From Patescibacteria group bacterium (GTDB lineage Bacteria > Patescibacteriota > Minisyncoccia > UBA6257 > 2-01-FULL-56-20): a DNA stretch of 64,000 nt. Under the pieces are notes generated by a model, which worked only from the letters and a program-made list of their open reading frames with translations, did not search any database and was not told the origin of the DNA. The DNA is taken from NCBI GenBank assembly GCA_018971305.1, contig JAGXBC010000001.1, forward strand, positions 98,284 to 162,283. Direction: 5' to 3'. The translations under genes were made by a program, and so were the position numbers. The stretch's first letter is position 1. Every line of letters starts with the position of its first letter. Positions 31,075 through 41,591 of this stretch are shown here, piece after piece.

Positions 31075-32667
31075 TTACGGTAACAGCCACCTGCCTATCA
31101 CGGCCGTTCCGCAATTTGCAGAACCGCAGGCGTTATTGCCGTCTGTGCCGGTTCCAACAAGAGCAATGCCTCCTGCGTCAGATTTGCTGCCGCTATTCCA
31201 GGAAGAAACAATGCCTAGGGGCAGCGAATCGAATCGCTGTTTCCATAGCACGGCTCCTCCAGAAGCTCCATTACCGTCCGAAGCCCAGGAAATCGCGCCA
31301 CCGTTGCTGACCTGGTTATTTATAAGCCCGGAGAGAGAACCAACAACAACTATATCGGTTCCATTGTTAATGAAAGAGCCGTTGTTCAAGTTAGTGAAGG
31401 AAGTAGCGGCATTATCTCCATCCCAAGTGCGGGACGTTGTAACATTTTGTATATCAGAGGCTAAACCCATGATTCCGAAATAGGTTTTGCTGCCGCTGAA
31501 AAATGTTTCTGAGACAATGACATTACCGTTCACCAACTCTTCAACCGGTCTTGCGTTAAACCAACCTGAAAAAACTGTGGCGCCATTAATTGACAACTGC
31601 CCATTAGGTGTCCATTTCTCCATATAGAAACCGGATACGTACCAGCTTCCGTCGCCGCCAAGGGTAAACCAGTTGCCTGTCACCCACATATGGTCGGCCA
31701 GGACTAGGAGCCCGGTGATTTCCGTTCTGTCGGCAAATCTCTCCGCAGGGATATTACCTACGGCAAACATGTTCAGAACGTTTCCCGCTAAATCCGCGGT
31801 AACAACCCAGTCGCCCGAGCAAGCATTAAACGCCAGCCCGCACAACTGATAGTCTGACCTAACGGCAAGATAAAGTTTGCCGCCCATAACTGAAATGGCT
31901 ACGGCCTCTGTTCGCAAGCCGCTCCCATCCCCGACAACGTTGCCGTTCCGGTCAAACTGAAAAGTTTTTTCCAGAACGACATGCGTTGGATCCGACGGCA
32001 ACAATCCCAAAATCATCGCCGAACGTCCGGAGGGGTCAGAACTAGTGCCAGCGTAACCAACGGCAAAAACATTGCCGCTGACTGTGTCGTAGAACGAGGC
32101 GCTTAAACTTGACGGCCAGGTATTAACCCATTCGCCAAGTTTATTTCCGTCCGCGCCGTAAGTAATGAATGCTGCCTGCGGGTCCGCGGCTCCTTGTAGC
32201 ACAGCATCAGCTCCGGCAACAAGAATTCCTGTTGCAGTAGTTGACGCTGTTTCCCCCGAAGCCGTTCCATTTTGCGGCGCCCAGAACTTGAGTGCTGTAA
32301 AACTTCCCGGACCGGCAACGATAGTCACCGTAGCAATCGCGCAGTTTGTCGCATCCGTGCGAGAACAATTTTTTACCTTAACCGTTGCCGGATTCGGCGG
32401 TAGTTGCGGTGGTGTATAGAGGCCAGAGATATCTATGGTCCCCACGGTAGAGTTACCGCTCTGAACATCATTAACATACCAGTTCGCGTCCACGTTGGAC
32501 GTAAACTGTTGAGTTTTCCCGATCGGCACAGTTGCCGAAGTCGGTGAGACGGTAGCTTTCACTGGTGGTGGAGGCGGAGGTGGAGTTGCGCTTCCATTAT
32601 TACCCTTACCACAAGCCCCTAAAAAACTAATCCAAAAGATCAGAGTAACCAAATATACTTTTCGCAT
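31075..32667 (-). CDS. Lipoprotein with a Pro-rich linker, an Ig-like segment and a beta-propeller-like repeat region.
   Basis: Signal peptide plus lipobox LGAC|G, then PPPPPPP. 530 aa. Confidence 0.55.
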   Translation of the reverse strand: MRKVYLVTLIFWISFLGACGKGNNGSATPPPPPPPVKATVSPTSATVPIGKTQQFTSNVDANWYVNDVQSGNSTVGTIDISGLYTPPQLPPNPATVKVKNCSRTDATNCAIATVTIVAGPGSFTALKFWAPQNGTASGETASTTATGILVAGADAVLQGAADPQAAFITYGADGNKLGEWVNTWPSSLSASFYDTVSGNVFAVGYAGTSSDPSGRSAMILGLLPSDPTHVVLEKTFQFDRNGNVVGDGSGLRTEAVAISVMGGKLYLAVRSDYQLCGLAFNACSGDWVVTADLAGNVLNMFAVGNIPAERFADRTEITGLLVLADHMWVTGNWFTLGGDGSWYVSGFYMEKWTPNGQLSINGATVFSGWFNARPVEELVNGNVIVSETFFSGSKTYFGIMGLASDIQNVTTSRTWDGDNAATSFTNLNNGSFINNGTDIVVVGSLSGLINNQVSNGGAISWASDGNGASGGAVLWKQRFDSLPLGIVSSWNSGSKSDAGGIALVGTGTDGNNACGSANCGTAVIGRWLLP

Positions 32668-32799
32668 TGTCTGTCCCCCTTAGACCCTAAAATATTCAAG
32701 AGTCAATTATTGCCTTTTTATACAATACCAAAAAATTTCCGATTTGTCAAATGACCTCGGGTTTATAGTAATAAAACCGTAGCTCACACCTCCATAATT

Positions 32800-33447
32800 C
32801 TATCCGTCAGGCTGCCTAGAACTAATTGTCGTCTGCAGGTGAATAATGCTTTGTTGCAGGGCCGGGTCGGTTGTGTTCGGATGAATACCCAAAAAAATAG
32901 TTATACGCGGCTGGTATTTATCAAAAGACTGATTGCCCATTAACTGAAAATAAAGATAATCAACAATTACATTAGAGCTCGTAAGGGCGTCTGATGAAAC
33001 GCTACACGAAGGCAGCACCCCGGAAACAACATTACTGTTCTTCCTAAGAACTCCGTCCGGCGTTCGGCAATAAGCAACCTCTCGGCCAATGGCATCCACA
33101 AAAGCAAGGGTATTATAACTTCCCCAGGCGGCACTTTGAGGATTGCAATCTTCGTATGTCGCCAGGGCATTTGGGTCTTCTGTTCCGTGGCAAAACCACC
33201 TGCCGGTCCTGATGTCTCGAGCTATCGTCTCTATAGCCAAGCTGGCATTGCTGTTCGCGGCCAGAAGCTGCTGGACTTCACGCTGGATGCGAATCGCCCG
33301 AGCAAAACCCCCAGCGGCGATACCAACCAATATCACAAAGACAGATACCGCTACGATAAGTTCGATTAAGGTAAAACCGCATTTACGGCTTGAAATTTTA
33401 AATTGTCTGACCGTCAGCAAGACAGGAAAGTTTGAATTTTTTTTCAT
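32800..33447 (-). CDS. Type IV pilus minor pilin or pseudopilin.
   Basis: Prepilin-type N-terminus ...RKCG|FTLIELIVAVSVFVILVGIAAG, a class III signal with a methylation motif. Confidence 0.7.
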   Translation of the reverse strand: MKKNSNFPVLLTVRQFKISSRKCGFTLIELIVAVSVFVILVGIAAGGFARAIRIQREVQQLLAANSNASLAIETIARDIRTGRWFCHGTEDPNALATYEDCNPQSAAWGSYNTLAFVDAIGREVAYCRTPDGVLRKNSNVVSGVLPSCSVSSDALTSSNVIVDYLYFQLMGNQSFDKYQPRITIFLGIHPNTTDPALQQSIIHLQTTISSRQPDG

Positions 33448-33448
33448 A

Positions 33449-34012
33449 TTATTGTCGCCAGTTCCAAAAAACATCATCTATTTCTACGCTCTCCGTTCTG
33501 CCACCCTGGGCAAGCCAGGTAACTTTTGATGCCACGGTTGTGGAAGCAGACCCCGAAGTGCCTATCGTGATAACTCTCTTAAAAAAAGTCGGTACGCCGG
33601 TCGCCCCCGGGCTTTTCGGATCATTATAAGTGTTATTGGATGAATCAAAAAGCAAATAACTGCTGGCCGACCCCACAGGACGCAGTGCCGCCCCCGGGCA
33701 TGGAACCGTGGCAGTGTCATAATAAGAAACTTCAAAGTCTCCACCAGCCGGAAAACCGCAATTCCAGGAATACCCTTGGATATGATTTGCATCAATTAAA
33801 TTTTTCACAACCTCTATCCCCTCCATGGCAAGATAATTAGCAGTATAGGTATTAGCTATTCTTCGATTGAGCCCCAAAGAAGAAGAAAGCAATGCGACTA
33901 TGCCCAAAAAACCTACCATAAGAATGCTAAGGGCCACCATCGCCTCCACAAGAAAAAAACCGCGCCGGGCATTAAAGCAGAACCGCAAAAACTCTGGAAT
34001 TTTTTTTAACAT
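33449..34012 (-). CDS. Type IV pilus minor pilin (PilV-like).
   Basis: N-terminus ...NARRG|FFLVEAMVALSILMVGFLGIVAL. Confidence 0.65.
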   Translation of the reverse strand: MLKKIPEFLRFCFNARRGFFLVEAMVALSILMVGFLGIVALLSSSLGLNRRIANTYTANYLAMEGIEVVKNLIDANHIQGYSWNCGFPAGGDFEVSYYDTATVPCPGAALRPVGSASSYLLFDSSNNTYNDPKSPGATGVPTFFKRVITIGTSGSASTTVASKVTWLAQGGRTESVEIDDVFWNWRQ

Positions 34013-34017
34013 CTTAA

Positions 34018-34674
34018 TTAAAAATTAATTTGGCCCAACGGGGCAGAAACATTGATTGTTTGTTTGGAAGAACCATCGGCGGTTTGCAGGTAAATAGTCC
34101 CTACGCCGCTTTTATAGACCGTAAAAAGCGAGTTCGAATTATTATTCACGGCTATAAAAGTGTCCGGAACGGGCGCCAGAAAGAATACCATATCTAAAAC
34201 GCTAAATGGTGCCGGCGGTTTCGGGCTGGAAGATTCGTAAAGAAATTTTAATTGGCTGGGAAGGGCGGTAGTGGAAACATCTGTATAGCGGGGAAGCGTT
34301 TTGCCTCCGATAGAATATTGATCTCCGGTTCCCATTATATAACCATCTTTTATCTGGTTGCAGCCATAGGCATAACTAAAAATATGGGCAACGCCTGAAA
34401 CATAATCCATGCGCACGCCGTAACCACAAGGCACGTTCAGGTCGTTTCTTCTTGTTGTAATCGCGAGAGATTTAGCCTTAAAAATAAAGCCGACAAGCCC
34501 AGCCTCTTCATTAGACAATATTAACTGATTGCGGCTTGAACTGCTGTAAGAAATAACCATAGAGGACATCATGGCTATTATACCTACGACTACAAGAAGT
34601 TCGATTAGCGTAAAACCGGAGCCTCTGCTGTTTATGATTTTAGATTCGTGGCTTGGAGTTGCATTCATCGGCAA
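34018..34674 (-). CDS. Type IV pilus minor pilin.
   Basis: N-terminus ...SRGSG|FTLIELLVVVGIIAMMSSMVI. Confidence 0.7.
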   Translation of the reverse strand: MPMNATPSHESKIINSRGSGFTLIELLVVVGIIAMMSSMVISYSSSSRNQLILSNEEAGLVGFIFKAKSLAITTRRNDLNVPCGYGVRMDYVSGVAHIFSYAYGCNQIKDGYIMGTGDQYSIGGKTLPRYTDVSTTALPSQLKFLYESSSPKPPAPFSVLDMVFFLAPVPDTFIAVNNNSNSLFTVYKSGVGTIYLQTADGSSKQTINVSAPLGQINF

Positions 34675-34716
34675 CTTTATTTTACCACAAAAAACGATTG
34701 GCCCTCGGGGACTTCT

Positions 34717-35553
34717 TCACCGCAAAAGCCAGTTGAAATAATTATCCAAAACCGTCCGACCAAAAAAGAAAATCAATACCGAGGAGGCAACGAGAAACGG
34801 CCCAAAGGGTACTGCGCTTTTAAGTTTTTTTCCATAAGCCAAAATGAGATAACCGCCGCAAATCGCTCCGATAATGAATCCTGCAGCCATAATAAAGAGA
34901 ATGTCCGGCCAGCCGAATAAAAAACCTAGCGGGATTATCAGTTTAAGATCTCCTAAACCCATTCCCCTGCCCTTAGTGGCCAAAATCAAAAAGCCGAAAA
35001 ACGCTCCGCCGATTATTGCGGCAAAGATATGATTCAGCCAAACATTACCTTGAAATCCGAAAAGTGTGCCATAAGAACCGGAGAACGACGCACCTCCACC
35101 AAACACTAAAATAAGGATGGCAAGTGCAAGCAATATAATATTCGCTTCATCGGGAATAATAGATAAACGCAGGTCTATTAAAAAAACAACAAGGAGCGTA
35201 AGAAAGACCAACGTCCACAGGACGGAGAGCGTATAGTAAGTGATGGGTAGCGAGTAGTAGGAAGATAGATATTGGGGAACAAAAACAAAAAATATCCCGC
35301 TTACGATCTCAACTGCAGGATACTGGAAGCTCAAGCGCTCGCCGCAGCGACGGCAACGCCCGCCTTGAATCATAAAACTTAAAAGCGGTACAAGCTCAAA
35401 CCAGCGCAAAGTTTTTTTGCAATTCGGGCAATGGGATCTGCCGCCGATAATCTTTCCAGAAAATAAAAACTTGTCCGGCTGATAGCGAACAGAAACAACG
35501 TTTAAAAAACTGCCGATAGCCGCTCCGAAAATAAAAAGTAAGGCGATATTCAT
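34717..35553 (-). CDS. pilD: Prepilin peptidase (A24 family).
   Basis: An N-terminal Zn-finger-like Cys tetrad (CPNC....C..C), multiple TM helices, and a conserved GLGD.KL region. Confidence 0.8.
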   Translation of the reverse strand: MNIALLFIFGAAIGSFLNVVSVRYQPDKFLFSGKIIGGRSHCPNCKKTLRWFELVPLLSFMIQGGRCRRCGERLSFQYPAVEIVSGIFFVFVPQYLSSYYSLPITYYTLSVLWTLVFLTLLVVFLIDLRLSIIPDEANIILLALAILILVFGGGASFSGSYGTLFGFQGNVWLNHIFAAIIGGAFFGFLILATKGRGMGLGDLKLIIPLGFLFGWPDILFIMAAGFIIGAICGGYLILAYGKKLKSAVPFGPFLVASSVLIFFFGRTVLDNYFNWLLR

Positions 35554-35630
35554 TATTTTATTTTATCACAAAAACAGGCGGGGTATCGCTTTCGGCATAT
35601 ACAGAATTACTGTCTGGGCTACTTAGAAAA

Positions 35631-36146
35631 TTATAATCGGACACAGTAAACCGGACTACTGCAGTCAACTCCGTAGATAATACTGTGCGGACTGCTCTGA
35701 AGAGCCTGGTTGTTTGGGTCTTCAAGAACCGCTCCTAAAACATAACTGCTTCCACCGTCCGTCCCATAAAAATAATCGTTGCCTATTGTTGGATCATTAG
35801 GTACGCTATCAATACGAATATTGCTGTTTATGAGAACCGATTGAAGATCAGACCACTGGAGATTGACTATCCCTTTCGCCGCCGCAGGGCATGCTTGTCC
35901 ATCCGTAGAAGGAGCAGGAGTAGCCGAAGTTGGATAATGTGTACATCTATTAAAGAAAATTTCCAGGGCGTTTTGCACTTCGCGCAAGTCGGCTATGCGG
36001 CGCGCGTCGCGGCTGGCAGTCCTTGCGGGACCAAGACCCACAAGAATTACCGACGCCAAAATGGAAATAATGGCCACAACGATGAGCATTTCAATGAGCG
36101 TAAAACCACGCCCTCTTTGGAATAAATTGCTATTGTTATTTATCAT
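35631..36146 (-). CDS. pilA: Type IV pilin (major pilin candidate, PilA-like), paralog 1.
   Basis: ...FQRGRG|FTLIEMLIVVAIISILASVILVGLGPARTASRDARRIADLREVQNALE. Strongly similar to the adjacent pilin. Confidence 0.75.
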   Translation of the reverse strand: MINNNSNLFQRGRGFTLIEMLIVVAIISILASVILVGLGPARTASRDARRIADLREVQNALEIFFNRCTHYPTSATPAPSTDGQACPAAAKGIVNLQWSDLQSVLINSNIRIDSVPNDPTIGNDYFYGTDGGSSYVLGAVLEDPNNQALQSSPHSIIYGVDCSSPVYCVRL

Positions 36147-36323
36147 GTTATTGTCGTTTAGTTCTCTCCGACCTTTTCCCGAATTGCTTACAAAATAAAA
36201 TTTGATGTTATGAATATTATAACATACCAAGCTAGCCGATAGCCGCAGGTAACCCCCAAAATATACAGCCGGCGAAATAATTCGCCGGCTGTATAGACAA
36301 ACGATAATCTGTTAAAACTTTTC

Positions 36324-36902
36324 TTATTGCGAACCAACGCAGTAATAAGGTGGATTTTCAGGAGCTTGCCCGGAAGAAGTCGGAGTCGGGGAAGTGCCGC
36401 AATCCATAGAGCCAATAGTAGGAGCAGCAGTAGTACCTGCGTCAACAGGCAATTTCACTGAAGCCGAGGGGTTGTCTATGTCACTGGACAATGCTTGGTT
36501 ATTCTTATCCTCAAGCAAGGTCCTCAAAACATATCCAGTTCCACCACCAGTAGAGGCATAGGAATAAAAATTGGTCGCGTTATTTATAGGATCAAGCGGT
36601 AAGGTAACGGAGCTGACTACATTATTTAGGGCAGTCTGTAGTTTAGTCCAAGAGGTGGAATCGTTCGGAGTAATCAGTCCCTGCTTAGTACAGTTTGAGT
36701 TGGTAGAAGGACCACCGGGGTAAGAGTTGCAATCATTATAGTACTGCTCTATAAGACCCTGTACTTGACGCATATCGGCTATACGGCGGGCATCACGGCT
36801 CGATATCCTAGCAGGCCCAAGACCGAGCAAAACGATGGAAGCCAGAATAGCTATAATGGCCACAACGATGAGCATTTCAATGAGCGTAAAGCCGGAACCC
36901 AT
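36324..36902 (-). CDS. pilA: Type IV pilin (PilA-like), paralog 2.
   Basis: ...MGSG|FTLIEMLIVVAIIAILASIVLLGLGPARISSRDARRIADMRQVQGLIE. It matches the neighbouring pilin through the N-terminal ~60 aa. Confidence 0.75.
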   Translation of the reverse strand: MGSGFTLIEMLIVVAIIAILASIVLLGLGPARISSRDARRIADMRQVQGLIEQYYNDCNSYPGGPSTNSNCTKQGLITPNDSTSWTKLQTALNNVVSSVTLPLDPINNATNFYSYASTGGGTGYVLRTLLEDKNNQALSSDIDNPSASVKLPVDAGTTAAPTIGSMDCGTSPTPTSSGQAPENPPYYCVGSQ

Positions 36903-37091
36903 TTTCCCGCCCCACTTATTCCGCTCAATATCCTGCCTGGTGATATTATTTTTTGATGAAAACATTTTATTTTAAGATTTATTTACATGATTTCGACCTT
37001 TCTTTCGGCCCCTTAAAGGAGCACGACTTTAAATAATTATAGCATATTGAAATATGGCAATAAGCAATGGTTGTAAAATATGGCTAATATA

Positions 37092-38306
37092 TTAGCTGCC
37101 GAAACTGGACGTTAGCTTATAAAGCGGGATGATAATGGCCGCAAATAAGAGGCCCACCATTACACCGATAACAACCATTAAGAGCGGCTGGATAAGGTCA
37201 ACGAGGTTGTTGGTAACCGTATCCGCCTCACGGCTGTAGAAATTACCCAGTCGGATAAAAATCTGTTCGATTTTTCCGGTTGTTTCCCCGACCGCTACCA
37301 TCTGGGCCACGAGCGGAGGGAAATATTCCGGATATTCTTCTATACTTTGTGAAAGCAACCTCCCCTGTCGCACTTTCTCCGCAATTTCGTGCAAGATATC
37401 GCGATAAAGTACGTTACCAACCATATGGCCCATAACTTCCAAGGCCTGAGCTACGGGAATGCCGCCGTGGACCAAAAGTACTGCGGCATTTGAAAACCTG
37501 GATATTGTGAGCGGTAAAAAAACTTTATTCAAAAGAGGCAGCTTAATTTTTGCGTCATCTACCATGGCACGGCCTTCCGGCGTACGCGCATAATCCAACG
37601 CCAAAATAACCAAGCCCACGAGAACCACGAGGACGAGCAGCCACCACTTCCCTAAAAACGTACCACTGGAGAGTAATACTTGGGTATAAATAGGCAGTTG
37701 CACGTTCGATTGCTGGAAAATTGGCAAGAGCTGCGGGAAAACGAATGTGACCATAATAAAACCCACGACAATAAACAAACCGACGATTATTCCCGGATAG
37801 ATAAGCGCGGAAGAAGCCTTGCTTGCCAAGATACCTTCTTTTTCGGTGTAGTCAGCTAAAAATCCCGCGACTTCATTCAGGTTTCCAGTAATTTCGGCAG
37901 CACGCACCATTTCAACGTAGAAACTGGGAAAAACATCTCCCTGCCTATCCATCGCCTGAGAAAAAGAAAGTCCGGCATCAATATCTTCCGCAACCTGGAA
38001 AATTGCCTCCCGGAGCACTGGCTGTCTTGTCTGGGCGTAAAGAGTTCTGAGTGCGGCGTTCAGAGGCAAACGTGCTTCCAACAGGGTGGCAAGCTGACGC
38101 GCAAAAATAACCATATCCTTGCGCTTAACTCTGCCGAAGTAACTAGCAATGTTTTCAAACCAGCTCTTACCCTCGGCCGACTCTATGCTTAATATAAAAA
38201 GGTTGTGCCCGGCTAAAATATTGGCAGCGGAATCCCTATCTCCTGCCTCCACAAAACCGATCTGCATTTCTCCTTCCTGGGTTTTGGCTTTGTACTTGAA
38301 TTTCAT
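37092..38306 (-). CDS. pilC: Type IV pilus inner-membrane platform protein (GspF family).
   Basis: MKFKYKAKTQEGE..G...A.....A...L, a typical PilC N-terminus. Two GspF repeats with TM helices. Confidence 0.8.
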   Translation of the reverse strand: MKFKYKAKTQEGEMQIGFVEAGDRDSAANILAGHNLFILSIESAEGKSWFENIASYFGRVKRKDMVIFARQLATLLEARLPLNAALRTLYAQTRQPVLREAIFQVAEDIDAGLSFSQAMDRQGDVFPSFYVEMVRAAEITGNLNEVAGFLADYTEKEGILASKASSALIYPGIIVGLFIVVGFIMVTFVFPQLLPIFQQSNVQLPIYTQVLLSSGTFLGKWWLLVLVVLVGLVILALDYARTPEGRAMVDDAKIKLPLLNKVFLPLTISRFSNAAVLLVHGGIPVAQALEVMGHMVGNVLYRDILHEIAEKVRQGRLLSQSIEEYPEYFPPLVAQMVAVGETTGKIEQIFIRLGNFYSREADTVTNNLVDLIQPLLMVVIGVMVGLLFAAIIIPLYKLTSSFGS

Positions 38307-38392
38307 AGCTTGCGGAGCATGCAACAAGAAACATATAACCTTGAGCCCAGAATTCGGTGATACTCAACGTTACGTATCCCCTGTTCCATGTT

Positions 38393-39466
38393 TTACGTCC
38401 TTTCGAGAAGTATCCGGAGTTCTGCCGGATTCAAAGAGTAGAGCTCGGCGTTCTCCAGCGTAACTTCTTTGTTTTTTATCAAACCTACAAGTGAACGATT
38501 GAGCGTAACCATTCCTTCCTGTAAGCTCGTCTCAATAACGAGGTCTATCTGATAAATTTTCCGTTCACGGATGAGATTCCTTATAGCAGGATTCACAAGC
38601 ATGATTTCCATAGCCGGAATTCTTCCTCCCGATATGCGCGGCAAGAGACGCTCGGAAACGATGGCCACAAGAGTGGCGGCAAGTTGAGATGTGACCTGCC
38701 CCTGCTGTTCTGCCGGGAAAGAATCTATGATTCGGTCTATTGTTTGGGAAGCAGAGTTTGTGTGAAGAGTGGAGAATACCAAGTGGCCGGTTTCCGCAGC
38801 CGTCATGGAAGTGGCAATAGAAGTAGCGTCGCGCATTTCGCCGATCATAATAACATCCGGATCTTGACGCAAAATCGTCCGCAAACCGGCGTGGAATGTC
38901 GGCGTGTCGGTTCCCACTTCTCTTTGTGACACAATGCATCTGTCCTGAGTAAAAAGATATTCTATCGGGTCCTCAATCGTAATAATGTGATCGGAGCGCG
39001 TATGATTGACCTCATCTAGAACCGCGGCAAGAGTTGAGGATTTTCCGTGCCCCGCCGGACCCACTGCCAAAACGAAACCCTGGGAAAGCCTGGTGAAATC
39101 ATGGAGTATCGGCGGCAGGTTGAGTTCTTCAATATTCTTTATACGCGCCGCGATAAGCCGGAGGGAAGCCGCGACATATCCGCGCTGGAAATAAACGTTG
39201 GTCCTGAACCTGGCCTTCTCTTCAAAACTATAAGCGAAGTCCAATTGCTTATCTTTTAAGAATCGCTCTTTTTGTTCCGAGTTCAAAAGATTGAAAACCA
39301 ATCCTTCGGCAACCTCCGGAGTAATCACGGGCTCTTTTTGCAGGGGAACGAGAACTCCGTCCACCCTCAAGGTTGGCCGCCTGCCTACGGCAATGTGCAA
39401 ATCCGAAGCATTAAGCTTCGCTGTAGTTATTAATAAATCTTTTAATTTATCTTTATAGTCATCCAT
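38393..39466 (-). CDS. pilT: Type IV pilus retraction ATPase (twitching motility).
   Basis: 357 aa. Walker A is GPAGHGKSST. PilT-type layout, shorter than PilB, lacking the N-terminal GSPII domain. Confidence 0.8.
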   Translation of the reverse strand: MDDYKDKLKDLLITTAKLNASDLHIAVGRRPTLRVDGVLVPLQKEPVITPEVAEGLVFNLLNSEQKERFLKDKQLDFAYSFEEKARFRTNVYFQRGYVAASLRLIAARIKNIEELNLPPILHDFTRLSQGFVLAVGPAGHGKSSTLAAVLDEVNHTRSDHIITIEDPIEYLFTQDRCIVSQREVGTDTPTFHAGLRTILRQDPDVIMIGEMRDATSIATSMTAAETGHLVFSTLHTNSASQTIDRIIDSFPAEQQGQVTSQLAATLVAIVSERLLPRISGGRIPAMEIMLVNPAIRNLIRERKIYQIDLVIETSLQEGMVTLNRSLVGLIKNKEVTLENAELYSLNPAELRILLERT

Positions 39467-39478
39467 TTATTTATATTA

Positions 39479-41200
39479 TTACATATCTTCTGTTTCTCGG
39501 ATAACCTCCTCTATAGTCACCAAACCATCAAGCGCCTTCAAGACACCGTCAGTCCTCATCGTCATCATCCCCTGGTCTTTGGCAACTTTGAATATTCTCT
39601 GCTGAGTGGGACCACTGCTTATCACCTCCTCCAGCTCCGGAGACATTTTTAATACCTCAAACAGGGCGCCGCGGCCGACGGTTCCTCGCCCCCTGCATTT
39701 AGGACAGCCTTTGCCGTGATATATCTTGTGGGGTTCTTTGTATTTAGATTGCAATTCTGGTGGTAAGTCGCTAAGAGCTTTATTAATGGCTTTTTCAATG
39801 GCCGGTGACGCAGCTTCGGCCTCTTTGCAGTCCTGGCAAAGCAAACCAACAAGTCTCTGCCCTATCATAAGATTAAGAGACACTGGCAAAAGAAATGGCT
39901 CTATCTTCATATCAAGCAAACGCGGAATAACACCAAGGGCGTTATTGGTGTGCAAGGTTGAAAGAACTATATGTCCGGTAAGAGCGGCCTGTACGCCAAG
40001 TCCGGCAGTTTCGTTATCACGGATCTCGCCGACCATAATAATGTCGGGGTCCTGGCGAAGAATCTGCCTCAAGCCCGAAGAAAAATCATAACCTATCTCC
40101 GGACGAACCTGCGACTGGTTTACTCCGGAAACAAAATACTCAACCGGATCTTCCAAGCTTACGATGTTAACGTTCTCTTTATTTAATATCTGCAACAGCG
40201 CGTAGATAGTGGTTGTTTTACCAGAACCCGTAGGCCCGGTGACAAGAATCATGCCGAACGGCTTATTAATCCCCTCCTTAACGATATCCAGGTTTGTATG
40301 TATCAATCCGAGATCGCTAAAGTCCTTTAAGCCAACAGTGGAATCCAGTACTCTGATAGCCACTTTTTCCCCAAGCGGCGTAGGGAAAGTTGAAACGCGG
40401 AAATCTATTTCCCTGTCAAAAACCCTGGAGCGGAATCTGCCGTCCTGCGGGATGCGATTTTCATCTATTTTCAAACTGGAAATAACCTTTATCCTTGAAA
40501 TTACCGGCTGAGACAACTCTAATGGCAACGAGGCAACTTCGCGCAAATCGCCGTCAACCCTGAATCTGATCCTCAAGTAACTCTCCTGCGGTTCAATATG
40601 AATATCCGAGGCCTTGGAAGAAATAGCTTCCTTAAAAGTATCGCCGACAATTCTAATTATCGGAGCCTCATCCCTGGAACCGCCCTCATCCAAACTTACG
40701 ATTTTTCTCCCGCCCTCTCCATGTTTAAGCCCTAGCGACTGGACAGCTCTTTCCACTTCTGAACGATAGGGGGAATATTTTCTGAGAACCGACTCCCAAT
40801 CCCCATAAGAGATAACATAAACCCCGAGGTTGAGATGACTTTGCCGCGCCACAAATTTTAGAGCATCCTGAGCCTTAGTGTCGTCCGGGTTCAACATGCC
40901 GACAACAAGCAAATTGTCTCTTCTGCTGATAGGTATAGAGCCGTAAGTTCTCGCCGTTTCTTCCGGAATCATATCCAAAATATCGCTGCTTATTGCCGCA
41001 GCATCAATTTTTTTGTAAGGAACATTCAATGTCACGCTCTTTAATCTTGCCAATTTCTCTTCATCAATCAGCCGGCGCCCGAAAATAATCGCCTCGGCCG
41101 AACGACCGGACAGTAAAGACTCGCGCCGCAGTTTAGTTACTGCCGGCTCATCTAACAGTTTGGCTCGTTGGATTTGTTTTAATAATTCGTCGTCTGACAT
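39479..41200 (-). CDS. pilB: Type IV pilus assembly (extension) ATPase, GspE family, with a C-terminal tetracysteine.
   Basis: 573 aa. Walker A is GPTGSGKTTT. A GSPII-like N-terminus and the Cys motif CQDC....CPKC. Confidence 0.85.
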   Translation of the reverse strand: MSDDELLKQIQRAKLLDEPAVTKLRRESLLSGRSAEAIIFGRRLIDEEKLARLKSVTLNVPYKKIDAAAISSDILDMIPEETARTYGSIPISRRDNLLVVGMLNPDDTKAQDALKFVARQSHLNLGVYVISYGDWESVLRKYSPYRSEVERAVQSLGLKHGEGGRKIVSLDEGGSRDEAPIIRIVGDTFKEAISSKASDIHIEPQESYLRIRFRVDGDLREVASLPLELSQPVISRIKVISSLKIDENRIPQDGRFRSRVFDREIDFRVSTFPTPLGEKVAIRVLDSTVGLKDFSDLGLIHTNLDIVKEGINKPFGMILVTGPTGSGKTTTIYALLQILNKENVNIVSLEDPVEYFVSGVNQSQVRPEIGYDFSSGLRQILRQDPDIIMVGEIRDNETAGLGVQAALTGHIVLSTLHTNNALGVIPRLLDMKIEPFLLPVSLNLMIGQRLVGLLCQDCKEAEAASPAIEKAINKALSDLPPELQSKYKEPHKIYHGKGCPKCRGRGTVGRGALFEVLKMSPELEEVISSGPTQQRIFKVAKDQGMMTMRTDGVLKALDGLVTIEEVIRETEDM

Positions 41201-41261
41201 TGCTTTTTAGTTAATTGACCTACGTTGCTTATAAAATTTGGGGTTGGCTATCGGATGCGAC

Positions 41262-41555
41262 TTACTGCACTGGTACAAAGGGATTATCGCGACCTGCATT
41301 ACCGGGAACCGGGGGAGCGACATATTGCTTTAAGGACTGAAAACTCTGGCTGTTTATTACGTCTTCGGGATTCAACTTTATTTTGGAGAGCGGATCAACG
41401 TTTTGGAAGTTAGCGGGAGCGGCTACTTCCACCAATTGAGGCTGATTGAAAAAGATGTAATAAACAGCCGCAACAATAATTCCAAGAACTGCAAGCCAGG
41501 TTATAATGCTCACTATATTTGTTTTGTTTTTTTCTTCTTCTAAAACTATAGCCAT
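41262..41555 (-). CDS. Small membrane protein in the pilus operon (PilP-like?).
   Basis: 97 aa with a single TM segment IITWLAVLGIIVAAVYYIFF. It sits between pilO and pilB. Confidence 0.4.
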   Translation of the reverse strand: MAIVLEEEKNKTNIVSIITWLAVLGIIVAAVYYIFFNQPQLVEVAAPANFQNVDPLSKIKLNPEDVINSQSFQSLKQYVAPPVPGNAGRDNPFVPVQ

Positions 41556-41591
41556 GTTAATTTATTTTGTTGTATATTTTATCACTCCGTA